Positions 46,052 to 55,273 of a stretch of 64,000 bases of DNA are shown piece by piece. The stretch comes from Acidimicrobiales bacterium (GTDB lineage Bacteria > Actinomycetota > Acidimicrobiia > Acidimicrobiales > Bog-793), in contig JBKQSP010000055.1 of assembly GCA_052143575.1 (NCBI GenBank), forward strand, positions 4,880-68,879, given 5' to 3'. The notes under the pieces are model-generated. The model had not been told where the DNA came from, searched no databases, and was given only the letters and a program-made list of their open reading frames with translations. The translations under genes and the position numbers were made by a program. How positions within the stretch are numbered: the stretch's first letter is position 1; each line of letters starts with the position of its first letter.

Positions 46052-46131
46052 ACGTGCTCCATCGCTTTGACGAGGCCCATCATGAGGACGACGAAGATCA
46101 CCGTCCCAAGTACTGCAAGGAAGTCAGCCAT
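46048..46131 (-). CDS. Candidate extra 27-aa hydrophobic micro-protein preceding kdpF
   Basis: MADFLAVLGTVIFVVLMMGLVKAMEHV. Its stop overlaps the kdpF ATG (ATGA at 46048-46051). It has no Shine-Dalgarno sequence and several low-GC3 codons, so coding status is uncertain. Confidence 0.4.
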   Translation of the reverse strand: MADFLAVLGTVIFVVLMMGLVKAMEHV

Positions 46132-46166
46132 AAAGACGAGTATGAGGACCGGGCCGGTAACTGCGC

Positions 46167-46203
46167 GGTGAACAGCCCTCCGGGGCGGTGAAGGAACGGT
46201 GAA
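46167..46203 (-). promoter_or_regulatory. Three TTCACC direct repeats upstream of the kdp operon (candidate KdpE operator)
   Basis: On the kdp strand: TTCACC-gttcc-TTCACC-gccccggagggctg-TTCACC. The plus-strand GGTGAA copies are at 46198-46203, 46187-46192 and 46167-46172. The first two are exactly 11 bp apart. A CATACT -10-like hexamer ends 8 nt before the first ATG (46131). Confidence 0.35.
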
Positions 46204-46356
46204 CGCCGTCCGGCACCCTGGAGCGGCGGACGGTCGGATGGGTGCGCCTTGATCGCCGCGGCTCGGGCCAGTCGAGCCCGGTCGTTGCTCGCAGCCACCC
46301 GTAGTGGCCCGAGACGGGTAGCGTGTCGGGGCCGAGGCCAACACGGAGGTACTGCA

Positions 46357-46605
46357 GTGTCGCAGGGACTCACCGAGAGGGCGAAGGAAGCACTTCGCGA
46401 GCCAATGTTGGCCCACATCGCGTCCCTCGACGCAAAGAGTCGATCCGACATGACTCCCGGCCGGGTCGACGTCGACGATGACGACGTCCTGTTCAACTTT
46501 CGCGCTCGCAAGCACCTCGGGACCGTTCACCCCAACCGTCGGGACGGCGAGCAGCGCGTCAAAGTCCGGATCCGCCCCGAGCGGATCGCGATGCAGCCCC
46601 AATAG
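46357..46605 (+). pseudogene. Truncated PPOX-class (pyridoxamine 5'-phosphate oxidase-like, possibly F420-dependent) remnant (82 codons)
   Basis: A GTG is preceded by GGAGGT. EALREPMLAHIASLDAKSRSDMTPGRVDVDDDDVLFNFRARK...NRRDGEQRV resembles the N-terminal ~60% of PPOX-family proteins. The ORF stops 13 nt before ald. Confidence 0.3.
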
Positions 46606-46618
46606 GAGGAGCGCGGAG

Positions 46619-47731
46619 ATGATCATCGGTATCCCAACCGAGGTGAAGACGGCGGAGAACCGCGTCGCCATGACTCCTGACGGCGTGCGAGGACTGACCG
46701 CCCTCGGCCACACGGTCCGTGTGCAGACAGGAGCGGGTGTTGGGTCGTCCTTCTCCGATCCCGATTTCGTCGCCGCCGGCGGCACCATGGTGAGCGCCGA
46801 GGACGCCTGGGCGTCCGAGCTCGTCTGCAAGGTGAAGGAGCCACAGGAGTCCGAGTTCGGGTACCTGCGTGACGACCTCGTGTTGTTCACCTATCTCCAC
46901 CTCGCCGCCTACCCTGAGGTCGCCGAGGCGCTCTTCGAGGCGAAGACGACCGGCATCGCTTATGAGACGGTGCAGACGGCTAACGGTGATCTGCCGTTGC
47001 TCGCACCCATGAGCGAAGTCGCCGGGCGGATCGCCACGCAGGTCGGCGCCTCACTGCTCGAGAAGCGCAACGGGACGCGGGGGATCCTGCTCGGAGGCGT
47101 GCCCGGTGTCCGCGCCGCCCGGGTGGTGGTCATAGGGGCCGGCCACGTCGGCTGGAACGCCGCCTGGATCGCCCAGGGCATGGAGGCCGAGGTCCTTCTG
47201 CTCGACCGCAACGTCGATCGGCTCCGCTGGGTCGACCAGATCCACAAGGGCCGCATCATGACCCTTGCTTCGAATCGAGGTTCGATCGAGCGCGCCCTGC
47301 TCGAAGCCGACCTCCTCATCGGGGCCGTACTCGTCGCCGGCGGGCGTGCCCCTGTCGTCGTGAGCGACGACATGGTGGCGATGATGCGGCCGGGATCCGT
47401 CATCGTCGACGTCGCCGTCGACCAGGGCGGCTGCATCGAGACGACGCACGAGACGACACACGAGGATCCGACCTACTTCGTGCACGGCGTCCTCCACTAC
47501 GCCGTCGGCAACATGCCGGCAGCCGTGCCGCACACCTCGACCTATGCCCTCACGAACGCCACGTTGCCCTACGTGCTGGCGCTGGCGGAGCACGGGGTGC
47601 CGGGCGCCGTCGCGGGCGATCCCGCCCTCCGGGGTGGCGTCAACACGGTGAACGGAGTCTGCGCCAACGCGGCGGTGGCGGAGGCGTTGGGCGTCGAGGC
47701 GGGCGACCCGGTGGAGCTGCTCGGCGGCTGA
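46619..47731 (+). CDS. ald: Alanine dehydrogenase
   Basis: [23 protein letters not shown] and KVKEP, with the NAD-binding loop [14 protein letters not shown]. The AGGAGGA Shine-Dalgarno sequence lies 8 nt upstream. Confidence 0.95.
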   Translation: MIIGIPTEVKTAENRVAMTPDGVRGLTALGHTVRVQTGAGVGSSFSDPDFVAAGGTMVSAEDAWASELVCKVKEPQESEFGYLRDDLVLFTYLHLAAYPEVAEALFEAKTTGIAYETVQTANGDLPLLAPMSEVAGRIATQVGASLLEKRNGTRGILLGGVPGVRAARVVVIGAGHVGWNAAWIAQGMEAEVLLLDRNVDRLRWVDQIHKGRIMTLASNRGSIERALLEADLLIGAVLVAGGRAPVVVSDDMVAMMRPGSVIVDVAVDQGGCIETTHETTHEDPTYFVHGVLHYAVGNMPAAVPHTSTYALTNATLPYVLALAEHGVPGAVAGDPALRGGVNTVNGVCANAAVAEALGVEAGDPVELLGG

Positions 47732-47752
47732 GACGCCGGCAGCCCTCGTCGG

Positions 47753-49168
47753 TCACGCCCGGATCCAGGCGGCGCCGTCACCGCGAATGAGCCCGAGCTC
47801 CTCGAGGCGGTCAATGGCGAGTGCCACGACCCCGAGGTCGAGCTTCGTCCGCACGCACACGAGGTCGACAAGCGTGGCGGTGTAGTCGACGGCTTCCAGC
47901 ACGGCGCGCTCGGTCGGGTTGCAGAGTGCGATCGAGCGGTCGAGGACGGCGCTGCGCTCCGGCGCCCCGCCGGACGCAGCGGCCGTGAGCCGAGCCGCTC
48001 GGTGTCCCGGCGCGCCCAGCTCGGCCTGGGGGGGAGGCGGCGGGCGGCGGTCCCGCCCGTGCCTCCAGGAACGGCTCACGGGCCGTCGCGGGTCTGTTGC
48101 GGTGCGCGCCGGCGAGAATGAGGTGAGCGTGCCATCGTGCTCACAGACCATCGAGAGCTCCGCCAGGACGTCGTAGACGTCGAGGACAACGCCGGCGCCA
48201 CCTTCTTGGATGATGGCGTTGGTGCCTTCCGACTGCGGACTGCGCACGGAGCCCGGCACGGCGAGAACAGGAACGCCGCAGGTGTCGGCCGCCAGCACCG
48301 TGTGAATGGCGCCTCCCTGCCGGGAGGACTCGACAACGACGAGCACCTGGCTGAGGGCAGCGATGATGCGATTGCGCAAGGGAAAGCGCCAGCTCTCCGG
48401 AGGGGCCCCCGGCGGCGCCTCCGAGACGACCCCGCCGCGGGCGACGACCTCGTCCCAGAGTCGCAGGTTCTCGCGCGGGTAGACGACGTCGACGCCTCCC
48501 CCGACGACGGCAAGGGGGAGGCTCGGCCGGCTCGTGGCGGCGAGCGCCCCGCGGTGGGCGGCGGCGTCGATGCCGCGGGCGAGGCCCGAGATGACCGCCA
48601 CACCGCGCTCGGACAGCTCACGCCCGAGCTCGGCGGCCACCTCGAGGCCGTAGTGGGTGGCGCGCCTCGTCCCTACGATGCCGACGCAGGGCCCCGCCAG
48701 CTGATCGAGGCGTCCACGCACGTAGAGCAGCTCGGGCGTCTGCTGGGCCCTCCCGAGGCGGCATGGGTACGCCGCCTCACCGCGACGCACGACACCGATG
48801 CCGCCGGCCGATAGCGCCGCCCACCGCGGCGCCACCGAGGAGCGGCTCACCTCGAGGCGCCAGGCGCGCAGCCACTCCTTGGCGCGCGCCCGTGCTCGCT
48901 CCATGGCGCCGAGTGAACCGGACACACCCCAGCCCACCTCCATGTCGAGCGGTTCGTCGCTCGGCGCCGCCGGCAGCGGGCCGCCCAGCCGGGCAAGACG
49001 CTCCACAAGGGCCGCACTACCCCCTACGAGCTGCTCGTGAACTTCTCGAGCGCTGCAGCCGTCGAGCAGCACCCGCAGGCGAGCGGGCGTCATGTCGCGC
49101 AGTGCCGCCAGCGCCACGGCGTAGGCGACATCCGGCAGCTCCGCCCGAGTCGGATCGGCGTCGCTCAT
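47753..49168 (-). CDS. dprA: DNA-processing protein DprA (Smf), long form with a C-terminal winged-helix region
   Basis: [52 protein letters not shown] and [14 protein letters not shown]. Its ATG 49168 overlaps the comM stop (ATGA). Confidence 0.9.
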   Translation of the reverse strand: MSDADPTRAELPDVAYAVALAALRDMTPARLRVLLDGCSAREVHEQLVGGSAALVERLARLGGPLPAAPSDEPLDMEVGWGVSGSLGAMERARARAKEWLRAWRLEVSRSSVAPRWAALSAGGIGVVRRGEAAYPCRLGRAQQTPELLYVRGRLDQLAGPCVGIVGTRRATHYGLEVAAELGRELSERGVAVISGLARGIDAAAHRGALAATSRPSLPLAVVGGGVDVVYPRENLRLWDEVVARGGVVSEAPPGAPPESWRFPLRNRIIAALSQVLVVVESSRQGGAIHTVLAADTCGVPVLAVPGSVRSPQSEGTNAIIQEGGAGVVLDVYDVLAELSMVCEHDGTLTSFSPARTATDPRRPVSRSWRHGRDRRPPPPPQAELGAPGHRAARLTAAASGGAPERSAVLDRSIALCNPTERAVLEAVDYTATLVDLVCVRTKLDLGVVALAIDRLEELGLIRGDGAAWIRA

Positions 49169-50739
49169 GCCACCCACCGCCCGACGAGCGCTCGCCGGCC
49201 CGCCCGCAACTCGAGCGCCGTGGCTGCCGACTCGGCCGACACCGGTCCTTCCATCTGTTGCAGGTCTGCCAGCGTCCTGGCAACCCTGCGGACACGGTCG
49301 AGTCCGCGGGCACTGAGCGTGCTCTGGTTCACGCGGCGCCGCAAGAGCGCCGTCGCCCTCGGGTCGAGTCGTGCGAGCTCGTCGAGCCGGTGTGCAGGAA
49401 TGGCGGCGTTGCACGTGACGCCGCGGGCATGTGCCATCGCGCGGGCGGCCGCCACCCGAGCGGCCACGACGGCAGACGACTCCGCTGCTTCGTGCCCGAA
49501 GAGGTCGTTCGTGCCGAGGCGCTCGACGGCGATGTGCAGATCGAAGCGGTCCAACAAAGGCCCCGACAGCCTCCGGGCGTAGCGGTCGAGCTGAGCTTGC
49601 GAGCAGCCACACGATTGGCAGGCGCCGCCTTGGCCGCACGGGCAGGGGTTCATGGCACCGACGAGCAGGAAGCGTGCCGGCAGCGTCACGGTCGCTCGCG
49701 CCCGGGCGATGCGGACGACGCCCTCCTCGAGCGGTTGGCGGAGGGCGTCGAGGACCGCCGTCGGGAACTCGGCCATCTCGTCGAGGAAGAGCACGCCGTT
49801 GCTGGCCAAGCTGATCTCGCCGGGGCGAAGGTACGCCGTGCCTCCACCGAGAAGCGCCACGGCCGAGACGGAGTGGTGAGGCGCCCGAAACGGCGCCTCG
49901 CCTCCGAGCGTGCGCTCCGGCAGCGGCAGCCCGGCTGAGGAATGAACCCGGCACGTCTCGAGAACGGCCGCCCGATCGAGGGGCGGCAAGATGCCGGGAA
50001 GGCGGTGAGCCAGCATCGTCTTGCCGGAGCCGGGCGGACCTGACATGAGGAGGTGGTGGCCTCCGGCGGCTGCCACCTCGACGGCGCGCCGACCGACAAC
50101 CTGGCCGCGCACCTCCGCCAGGTCGGGCGCCCGCTCGCCCGTGAGGTCGGCGGCGGTCTCCGAGCCGAGCGGATCAGCACCCGGGCGCAGCAGCCGGCGG
50201 CCACGCCCGCTCGCCTCTGGCGGCTGCGGCCAGGGCGCCCGCCCGCGGATCGCCTCGACGAGCTCACGGAGAGATCGGGCCGTGCGCACGACAGGGCCGC
50301 CGACGAGGCGGGCTTCGTGCACGCCGCTCCAGGGCACGACGACGGCTTCGGTGGCGACGGCTGCCACGACAGGCAGCACGCCCGGCACGGATCGCAACGT
50401 GCCGTCCAGCCCGAGCTCGCCCACGAAGGCACACCCGGCAACGGCCGCCGCCTCGATCTCTCCGCTCGCCACGAGCAGACCGACGGCGATCGCCAGGTCG
50501 AGGCCGGCGCCCGCCTTCCGGACGCCGGAGGGAGCGAGGTTCACGGTCACGCGACGCGTCGGCCACGGCAGGCCGCTCGACAAGAGGGCGGCGCGCACGC
50601 GGTCACGCGCCTCGCGGCAGGCGGCGTCGGGCAGCCCGACGATCGTGAAGCCGGGCAAGCCGTTGGACACGTGCACCTCGACGAGGATCTTGCGACCCTC
50701 TACTCCGAGCAAGGTTGCGGATGGGACAGCGGCGATCAC
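49165..50739 (-). CDS. comM: YifB/ComM family Mg-chelatase-like AAA+ ATPase
   Basis: The N-terminal Lon-like domain is GLPGFTIVGLPDAACREARDRVRAAL. Walker A is MSGPPGSGKTMLA and Walker B is GVLFLDEMAEF. A Cys-rich insert is present (CPCGQGGACQSCGCS). Confidence 0.9.
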   Translation of the reverse strand: MIAAVPSATLLGVEGRKILVEVHVSNGLPGFTIVGLPDAACREARDRVRAALLSSGLPWPTRRVTVNLAPSGVRKAGAGLDLAIAVGLLVASGEIEAAAVAGCAFVGELGLDGTLRSVPGVLPVVAAVATEAVVVPWSGVHEARLVGGPVVRTARSLRELVEAIRGRAPWPQPPEASGRGRRLLRPGADPLGSETAADLTGERAPDLAEVRGQVVGRRAVEVAAAGGHHLLMSGPPGSGKTMLAHRLPGILPPLDRAAVLETCRVHSSAGLPLPERTLGGEAPFRAPHHSVSAVALLGGGTAYLRPGEISLASNGVLFLDEMAEFPTAVLDALRQPLEEGVVRIARARATVTLPARFLLVGAMNPCPCGQGGACQSCGCSQAQLDRYARRLSGPLLDRFDLHIAVERLGTNDLFGHEAAESSAVVAARVAAARAMAHARGVTCNAAIPAHRLDELARLDPRATALLRRRVNQSTLSARGLDRVRRVARTLADLQQMEGPVSAESAATALELRAGRRALVGRWVA

Positions 50740-51001
50740 GTGAAGGCTCCCTCCAGGGCGTGACGGTGCTCTCGGGAGGGTCTATATGGCCCGGCGAGCC
50801 GGATCAGTGACCGCTCGATCTCCGAGCACCATACGCGGAGGCTGTGTCACCGCCGCCACGAGATGAGCCATCGACGGACCGAACGGCCGCCGTGACGGCT
50901 CGCGCCGGCGCCAGGTGGACGGCGACGCGCCGCAACGGCCCAGGGAGACCGCTCTCTGGGAGGGCCGCCCTTAGGCCGTCAACACCGCAGAGGCGGCGGG
51001 C

Positions 51002-52390
51002 TCAGCTCGTCACGGTCAGTGTGCGCGCCGGGGAGTACCCGTACTGCACATATCCGGCAAGGTCCGAAGCAACGGCACGGTAGTGCGCGGTACCGACGGT
51101 CGAGCCTTTGATCGTGAAGGAGAACGCTCCAGAGCTCGACTCGTGCGTCGACGCGACGTTGTACCACAGGCTGCCCTTGGCTATCTGCAGCTCGATCGTG
51201 CGCCCGGCCGCCGCCTTGCTGCCCTTGCCCCTGCCGATCGTGCTGTGCCCACGCTTGATGCTCGTCTGTGACAGCGCGAATGTCACGCTCTGCGGAGCGA
51301 GCACGGGATAGCCGATCGCCTTGGAACCTCCGTCCCCCAGCACAAGACCGCTTCCAATGGAGTCCAGTCCCGCGTAGAAGTACGTGCTGGAAATCGCGTT
51401 GCCGAGGTCGGTCCACCCCGTCCAGTCCGAGCCGTTCGCCGTCGAGGCTTCCTCGAGGGTGTAGATCGGGCTGGTCCAGTTGGTCTCGACGAACACGTGG
51501 GTGACGCCGGCGGGATCCTGGTCGATGGTCTCCCATGCGCCCAGGGTGTGCTCCTTGAGGCCCGGCACCGCGTGGGCCGCACCGAAGCTCGTGCCGTTGA
51601 AGAACCGCACCTCGAACAGATTCTTGCCCGTCGTCTGGATGGTGAGCAGCGCGTCACCCGACATCGCGAGCAGATCTTCGTGGTTGAACGTCGCCACCTT
51701 CTTGTATGAGGAAGCGACCCCGAAGTTGGAGCTGTCGGCTGCGGGAGCGTACTCAACCGAGGTCGAGTAGTCCGAGAACAGAGAAGCACTTGCGACGAGC
51801 ACACCACCGCGGTAGTGACCGAGAGCGACGGTGGTCACCTCGGTTTGAGGGAGCGTTGCGGTCGGCGACGGTCCGCTCGCGCCGACCGGGAGGCTCTCGA
51901 CGTTCGGGCGGTTGCCATCAGTGCCGGCGAACACGATGTGGCTCCCGAGCAGCATTGCGGAGGCCACACCGATCGAGCCGACCCGTACCGGCGCCCCGAA
52001 CGACACGCCGCCGTTCGTCGAGGAGTACATCACATCGCCACCGAGCGGGTTGGCGTCGCAACAGGCACCCTGCAGGACCTCGACGTGGTTGCTGGAGGGA
52101 ATGAACACCTGCGGCGCCCCGAACGTGTCGTCATTGCTGAGCGGCGTCAACGTCGTCGTGTGGGAGCAGGCGGCCTTTCCGCGAGCCAGTACGCACACTC
52201 TGGTCTTGCCGTTTCCGCCCGATACCCCGTACACCACCACCAAGCTGCCGTCCGGTTCGATCGCGACCGCACCACCGGAAGAATTCGATGTCCCGATCAG
52301 GAACGGCTTCAACTCCGGCTGCGGTGAGCCCTTGACTCCCGCCGCAAACGAGGCGGAGGCGACCCCGCTCGCCGTCATGACCAACAGCAA
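51002..52390 (-). CDS. Secreted protein with Asp-box/BNR-like motifs and a C-terminal Ig-like region (hypothetical)
   Basis: Signal-peptide-like LLLVMTASGVASASFAAG. Asp-box-like YSSTNGGVSFG and STANGSDWTGW. Local GC is about 63%, against about 72% in the flanks. TTG 52390 is the first conventional start, but the open frame continues upstream to ~52550. Confidence 0.65.
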   Translation of the reverse strand: MLLVMTASGVASASFAAGVKGSPQPELKPFLIGTSNSSGGAVAIEPDGSLVVVYGVSGGNGKTRVCVLARGKAACSHTTTLTPLSNDDTFGAPQVFIPSSNHVEVLQGACCDANPLGGDVMYSSTNGGVSFGAPVRVGSIGVASAMLLGSHIVFAGTDGNRPNVESLPVGASGPSPTATLPQTEVTTVALGHYRGGVLVASASLFSDYSTSVEYAPAADSSNFGVASSYKKVATFNHEDLLAMSGDALLTIQTTGKNLFEVRFFNGTSFGAAHAVPGLKEHTLGAWETIDQDPAGVTHVFVETNWTSPIYTLEEASTANGSDWTGWTDLGNAISSTYFYAGLDSIGSGLVLGDGGSKAIGYPVLAPQSVTFALSQTSIKRGHSTIGRGKGSKAAAGRTIELQIAKGSLWYNVASTHESSSGAFSFTIKGSTVGTAHYRAVASDLAGYVQYGYSPARTLTVTS

Positions 52391-52710
52391 ACTGGCTGCT
52401 ACAACGAGTACGCCAGCGGCGGAGCTACGTACGCGGGTGCGAAACGGCTTCCACGACGAGGCGGCGCTACCGGCGCCGCGTCCGGGCGACAGCGTCGCAG
52501 TTGGCAGTGACGTTGATCCAATCGGCGTGGGTAACAGGGTGTCCTCGGTTCAGGTCGACGACAAGGCTCGGCGGCAGGGAGCGTAACCTGCCGTTCGATT
52601 GGCCGCTCGCCTCGAGGGGAGCGTCTCTGTCCGTGAGCCAACGAGCTTCGCCTCCGCAGCAGTTGTCCGTCGTTGCAGAGGCGGCTCTTCGCGGTGCGAC
52701 GGCTCCCGCT

Positions 52711-53580
52711 TTACTCGGCGGAGGCGTCGAGGCCGATCGGGTTCACGGAGGGGAACGTGCCCGACCTCACGACGTCTCGCGCCAGTGACCGCAGCAGCTC
52801 GGTGAGCCGCTCGGTCTCCGTAGCGCCGATCTCGGCATACGGCTGGGCGGCGAGACGGTTCGTATCGGCCTCTATGCCGGAGCGCAGATCGAGGCCGGCC
52901 GCCGTAGCCGTCCCGCCGGCGAGGTAGCCGCGCTCGACAAGGCGCCCTTCGGCGGCGGCCCACTCTGCCTCGGACCAGTTTCGGCTGAGACGGAGCACGT
53001 CAGCCGGCACGGCTCCGGAGGCAGCATGCACGACGAGCGCCTCGCATCCGTCGAGACCCGCCTGGGTCAGACAGGCGACGTGGCCGTCCCCGCGGTGTTC
53101 CCGCAGCACCGTCAGGAGCTGCCACAACGCCGCCACCGGATCAGCCGGGAAGTCGAGGGCCTGGTTGGCGGCTGCCAGCGGGCGACCGACGCACTCGCAG
53201 GCCAAGGCCGCCGACTGGGCGATCGGCAAGGCGTCGGCTACAACTCCGGGCAGCTCGTCTCCGACGATGCGGCGCAGAGCCGCCGAGACCGCGTCGGCAC
53301 GCGCTGCAAGCAAGGTGCCGATCGACGCAAGCTCCCAGGCATCCGGAATGGCCCGCTCCACCCGGGAGCGGTGGAAGTTGTAGAACGTCGCCCGCACGAC
53401 GCTGGCCGGCACGGGACCAAGGGGCGCTGCCCGGAAAGCGAAGTAGCCCATCCACCAGCCCTTGAGGCCGGCGGCATCAGCGGCCGCCCGCGACTCCTCG
53501 GCGAAGTAGGTCAAGGCGTGGACGGGCTCGAGCACCCGCCAACAACGGTCGGCGAGTCGGGCGAAGTCAGCATCGGCCAT
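52711..53580 (-). CDS. Conserved actinobacterial hypothetical protein (as I recall, 'SCO6745 family'-like)
   Basis: VLEPVHALTYFAEESRAAADAAGLKGWWMGYFAFRAAPLGPVPASVVRATFYNFH is a pattern I recognise from uncharacterised actinobacterial proteins. The start is taken at ATG 53580. Confidence 0.65.
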   Translation of the reverse strand: MADADFARLADRCWRVLEPVHALTYFAEESRAAADAAGLKGWWMGYFAFRAAPLGPVPASVVRATFYNFHRSRVERAIPDAWELASIGTLLAARADAVSAALRRIVGDELPGVVADALPIAQSAALACECVGRPLAAANQALDFPADPVAALWQLLTVLREHRGDGHVACLTQAGLDGCEALVVHAASGAVPADVLRLSRNWSEAEWAAAEGRLVERGYLAGGTATAAGLDLRSGIEADTNRLAAQPYAEIGATETERLTELLRSLARDVVRSGTFPSVNPIGLDASAE

Positions 53581-54071
53581 GGTCGTCACCTTCCTGGAGT
53601 TCTTGCCCGACCGCACACTCGAGACGGCTGCCCCGATCCCGGTCCCTCGGCCCGACCAGTATGTCAAAGGGACCCTGGACAGCCGATGCGAAGCGGCGTC
53701 TCGTTCTTCCTCGGACCCTGCGGCGACCGGCCGGCTCCGGCAGCGGCCTCGAGCTCAACTCGACCTCGCCCGGCATCTGGCAGCTGCCGCCCGGGCGGTT
53801 CCCAGAACGGATCGGGCTGACGCACAGGCGCCCTGGGCGCCCGCGTGCAGTCCCCACTGCGGCTCGAGCGGCCGAATGGGCGGTTCGTCGGAAAAGGCCA
53901 TAATCGGGCCTCGTGGTACCGCCCCGTCGCCGCCGGCGCCGCTCCGCACGGCCTCCCGGCTCCCGTTCCCGACAGGAGCCGGGACGGGCGCGGCAGCGGC
54001 ACCCGGGCGCGCCGTTGGACGGCGAGCCTTCTGCGTCGGGCACTACGCCGGGACCGTCGGACGCCCGGCCC

Positions 54072-54287
54072 ATGCCCTTCATCGAGGACCCGATCACGGG
54101 TTCTCAGGCCGAGCTGCGTCGCATCCAGCCGTTCGACGCACGCAAGGACTACGTGTGTCCCGGATGCAATCAGGAGATCCGGAGCGGAACCGGCCATGTC
54201 GTGGTCGTCCCGCTCAACGCCCCCGACCTGCGACGGCACTGGCACATCCCCTGCCTGGGGCGAGCACGGCGACACGGGCTGCCCTGA
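54072..54287 (+). CDS. Small conserved protein with a split Cys/His cluster (71 aa)
   Basis: MPFIEDPITGSQAELRRIQPFDARKDYVCPGCNQEIRSGTGHVVVVPLNAPDLRRHWHIPC. The CPGC...HWHxxC arrangement suggests a zinc-ribbon-like fold. Only the last 71 codons of ORF 53913..54287 look coding. Confidence 0.6.
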   Translation: MPFIEDPITGSQAELRRIQPFDARKDYVCPGCNQEIRSGTGHVVVVPLNAPDLRRHWHIPCLGRARRHGLP

Positions 54288-54352
54288 GCCCGAATCCGTG
54301 GTGGGAAGGCGAGCACCTGGCTGAGCGTTACCCTTGTACGGAGGTGATCACC

Positions 54353-55273
54353 ATGTGGGGCGCTGCTCCGATCCTTGCTGCAGGCACGACTACCCTGACG
54401 TCGGGTCAGATGGACGAGGTCTGGGTAGTGGCCGTCCTGTCCGGGGTGCTCGCCTACGCTTTCGCCGTCTACAGCCGCCGGGCGACGGGAACCTACCCGT
54501 GGCGGGTGCCCGCGGTGGTCTGGGGCATCTTCGGCGTCCTCGTGCCGGTGCTCAGCTTGCTGCTCGAAGCCGTCGCCCGCCTGACGACGCGACCGGTGCG
54601 CCCGCCGGCAGCGGGCCCCTACGGGCCGGGAGGATACGTCGGCGCCAACTCCGCCCACGCCGCTCCCGGGTCGCCCGGCCAGGACGCCGGCGTGAACCCC
54701 GGCTGGCCGCCCCCTGCCGAGCCCGGGGCTCGCTGGGAGCCGCCGTCGAGCCCGGATCAGGTGCCCGCAGGGGCAAGTCCGTGGCAGCAGCCGTCGCAGC
54801 CGCAGGGTGCCACTTCTCCGGCAGCGCCGCCGTGGCCGCCGCCTCTTGGGCCCGAAGCCTTCCAGCCACCGCCCGGCCAGCCCTACGCCCCGCAGCCCGG
54901 CCAGCCCTACACCCCGCAACCACCGCACGCCGGCCCGGGGCCAACGCCACCCTGGCAGGTCCCTTCAGGCACCCCGCCCGCAGGGGGAGCCCAGCCCGGC
55001 TTGGCAGGTCCGCAAGGATGGACGCAGCCTCTCCCCTATGTGCCGGCCGTGACGCCTCCCCCGCTCTTCGGCTGGTACCCGGATCCGACGGGGCGCCACG
55101 AGGAGCGGTACTGGGACGGGCGCCACTGGTCGCACCGCGTCTCCGACAACTCCGTGCGCAGCGACGACCCGCTCCACCCGACGCCGGACGCCGGCGATCC
55201 TGTCGCAGCGGAGGCACCGAGGCAGCCACCGGTCGCCGCACCGCCCGTCGAGCCGGACGACGCCACCGCCTGA
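54353..55273 (+). CDS. Membrane protein with a Pro/Gln-rich linker and a C-terminal DUF2510-like domain
   Basis: GGAGGTG Shine-Dalgarno sequence, then ATG 54353. Two TM helices, a tract of about 150 aa rich in P/Q/G (PGQPYAPQPGQPYTPQPP), then GWYPDPTGRHEERYWDGRHWS (DUF2510 signature). Confidence 0.75.
   Translation: MWGAAPILAAGTTTLTSGQMDEVWVVAVLSGVLAYAFAVYSRRATGTYPWRVPAVVWGIFGVLVPVLSLLLEAVARLTTRPVRPPAAGPYGPGGYVGANSAHAAPGSPGQDAGVNPGWPPPAEPGARWEPPSSPDQVPAGASPWQQPSQPQGATSPAAPPWPPPLGPEAFQPPPGQPYAPQPGQPYTPQPPHAGPGPTPPWQVPSGTPPAGGAQPGLAGPQGWTQPLPYVPAVTPPPLFGWYPDPTGRHEERYWDGRHWSHRVSDNSVRSDDPLHPTPDAGDPVAAEAPRQPPVAAPPVEPDDATA

Noticed and set aside
46132-46618. c-di-AMP (ydaO-type) riboswitch or another structured leader upstream of the kdp operon.
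   Set aside because: Reading the minus strand, I could not find the pseudo-symmetric ydaO core motifs (paired ACGGGGA/CCCGA-type elements). The region is better explained by a promoter/operator plus a PPOX-like gene remnant on the other strand.
46048-46890. A 280-aa minus-strand ORF running antisense through the ald start into the kdp leader.
   Set aside because: It is antisense to a certain gene (ald) and its composition is non-coding-like. Only its last 27 codons, which form a hydrophobic peptide ATGA-coupled to kdpF, were kept, and those only as a low-confidence micro-ORF.
53579-55273. A 564-aa ORF spanning the 53.6-54.3 kb gap and the small Cys/His gene.
   Set aside because: The first ~258 codons are Arg/Ala/Pro-rich, lack any motif, and overlap a better small gene in another frame. 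Only the part from the SD-preceded ATG at 54353 (TM helices plus DUF2510) looks coding.
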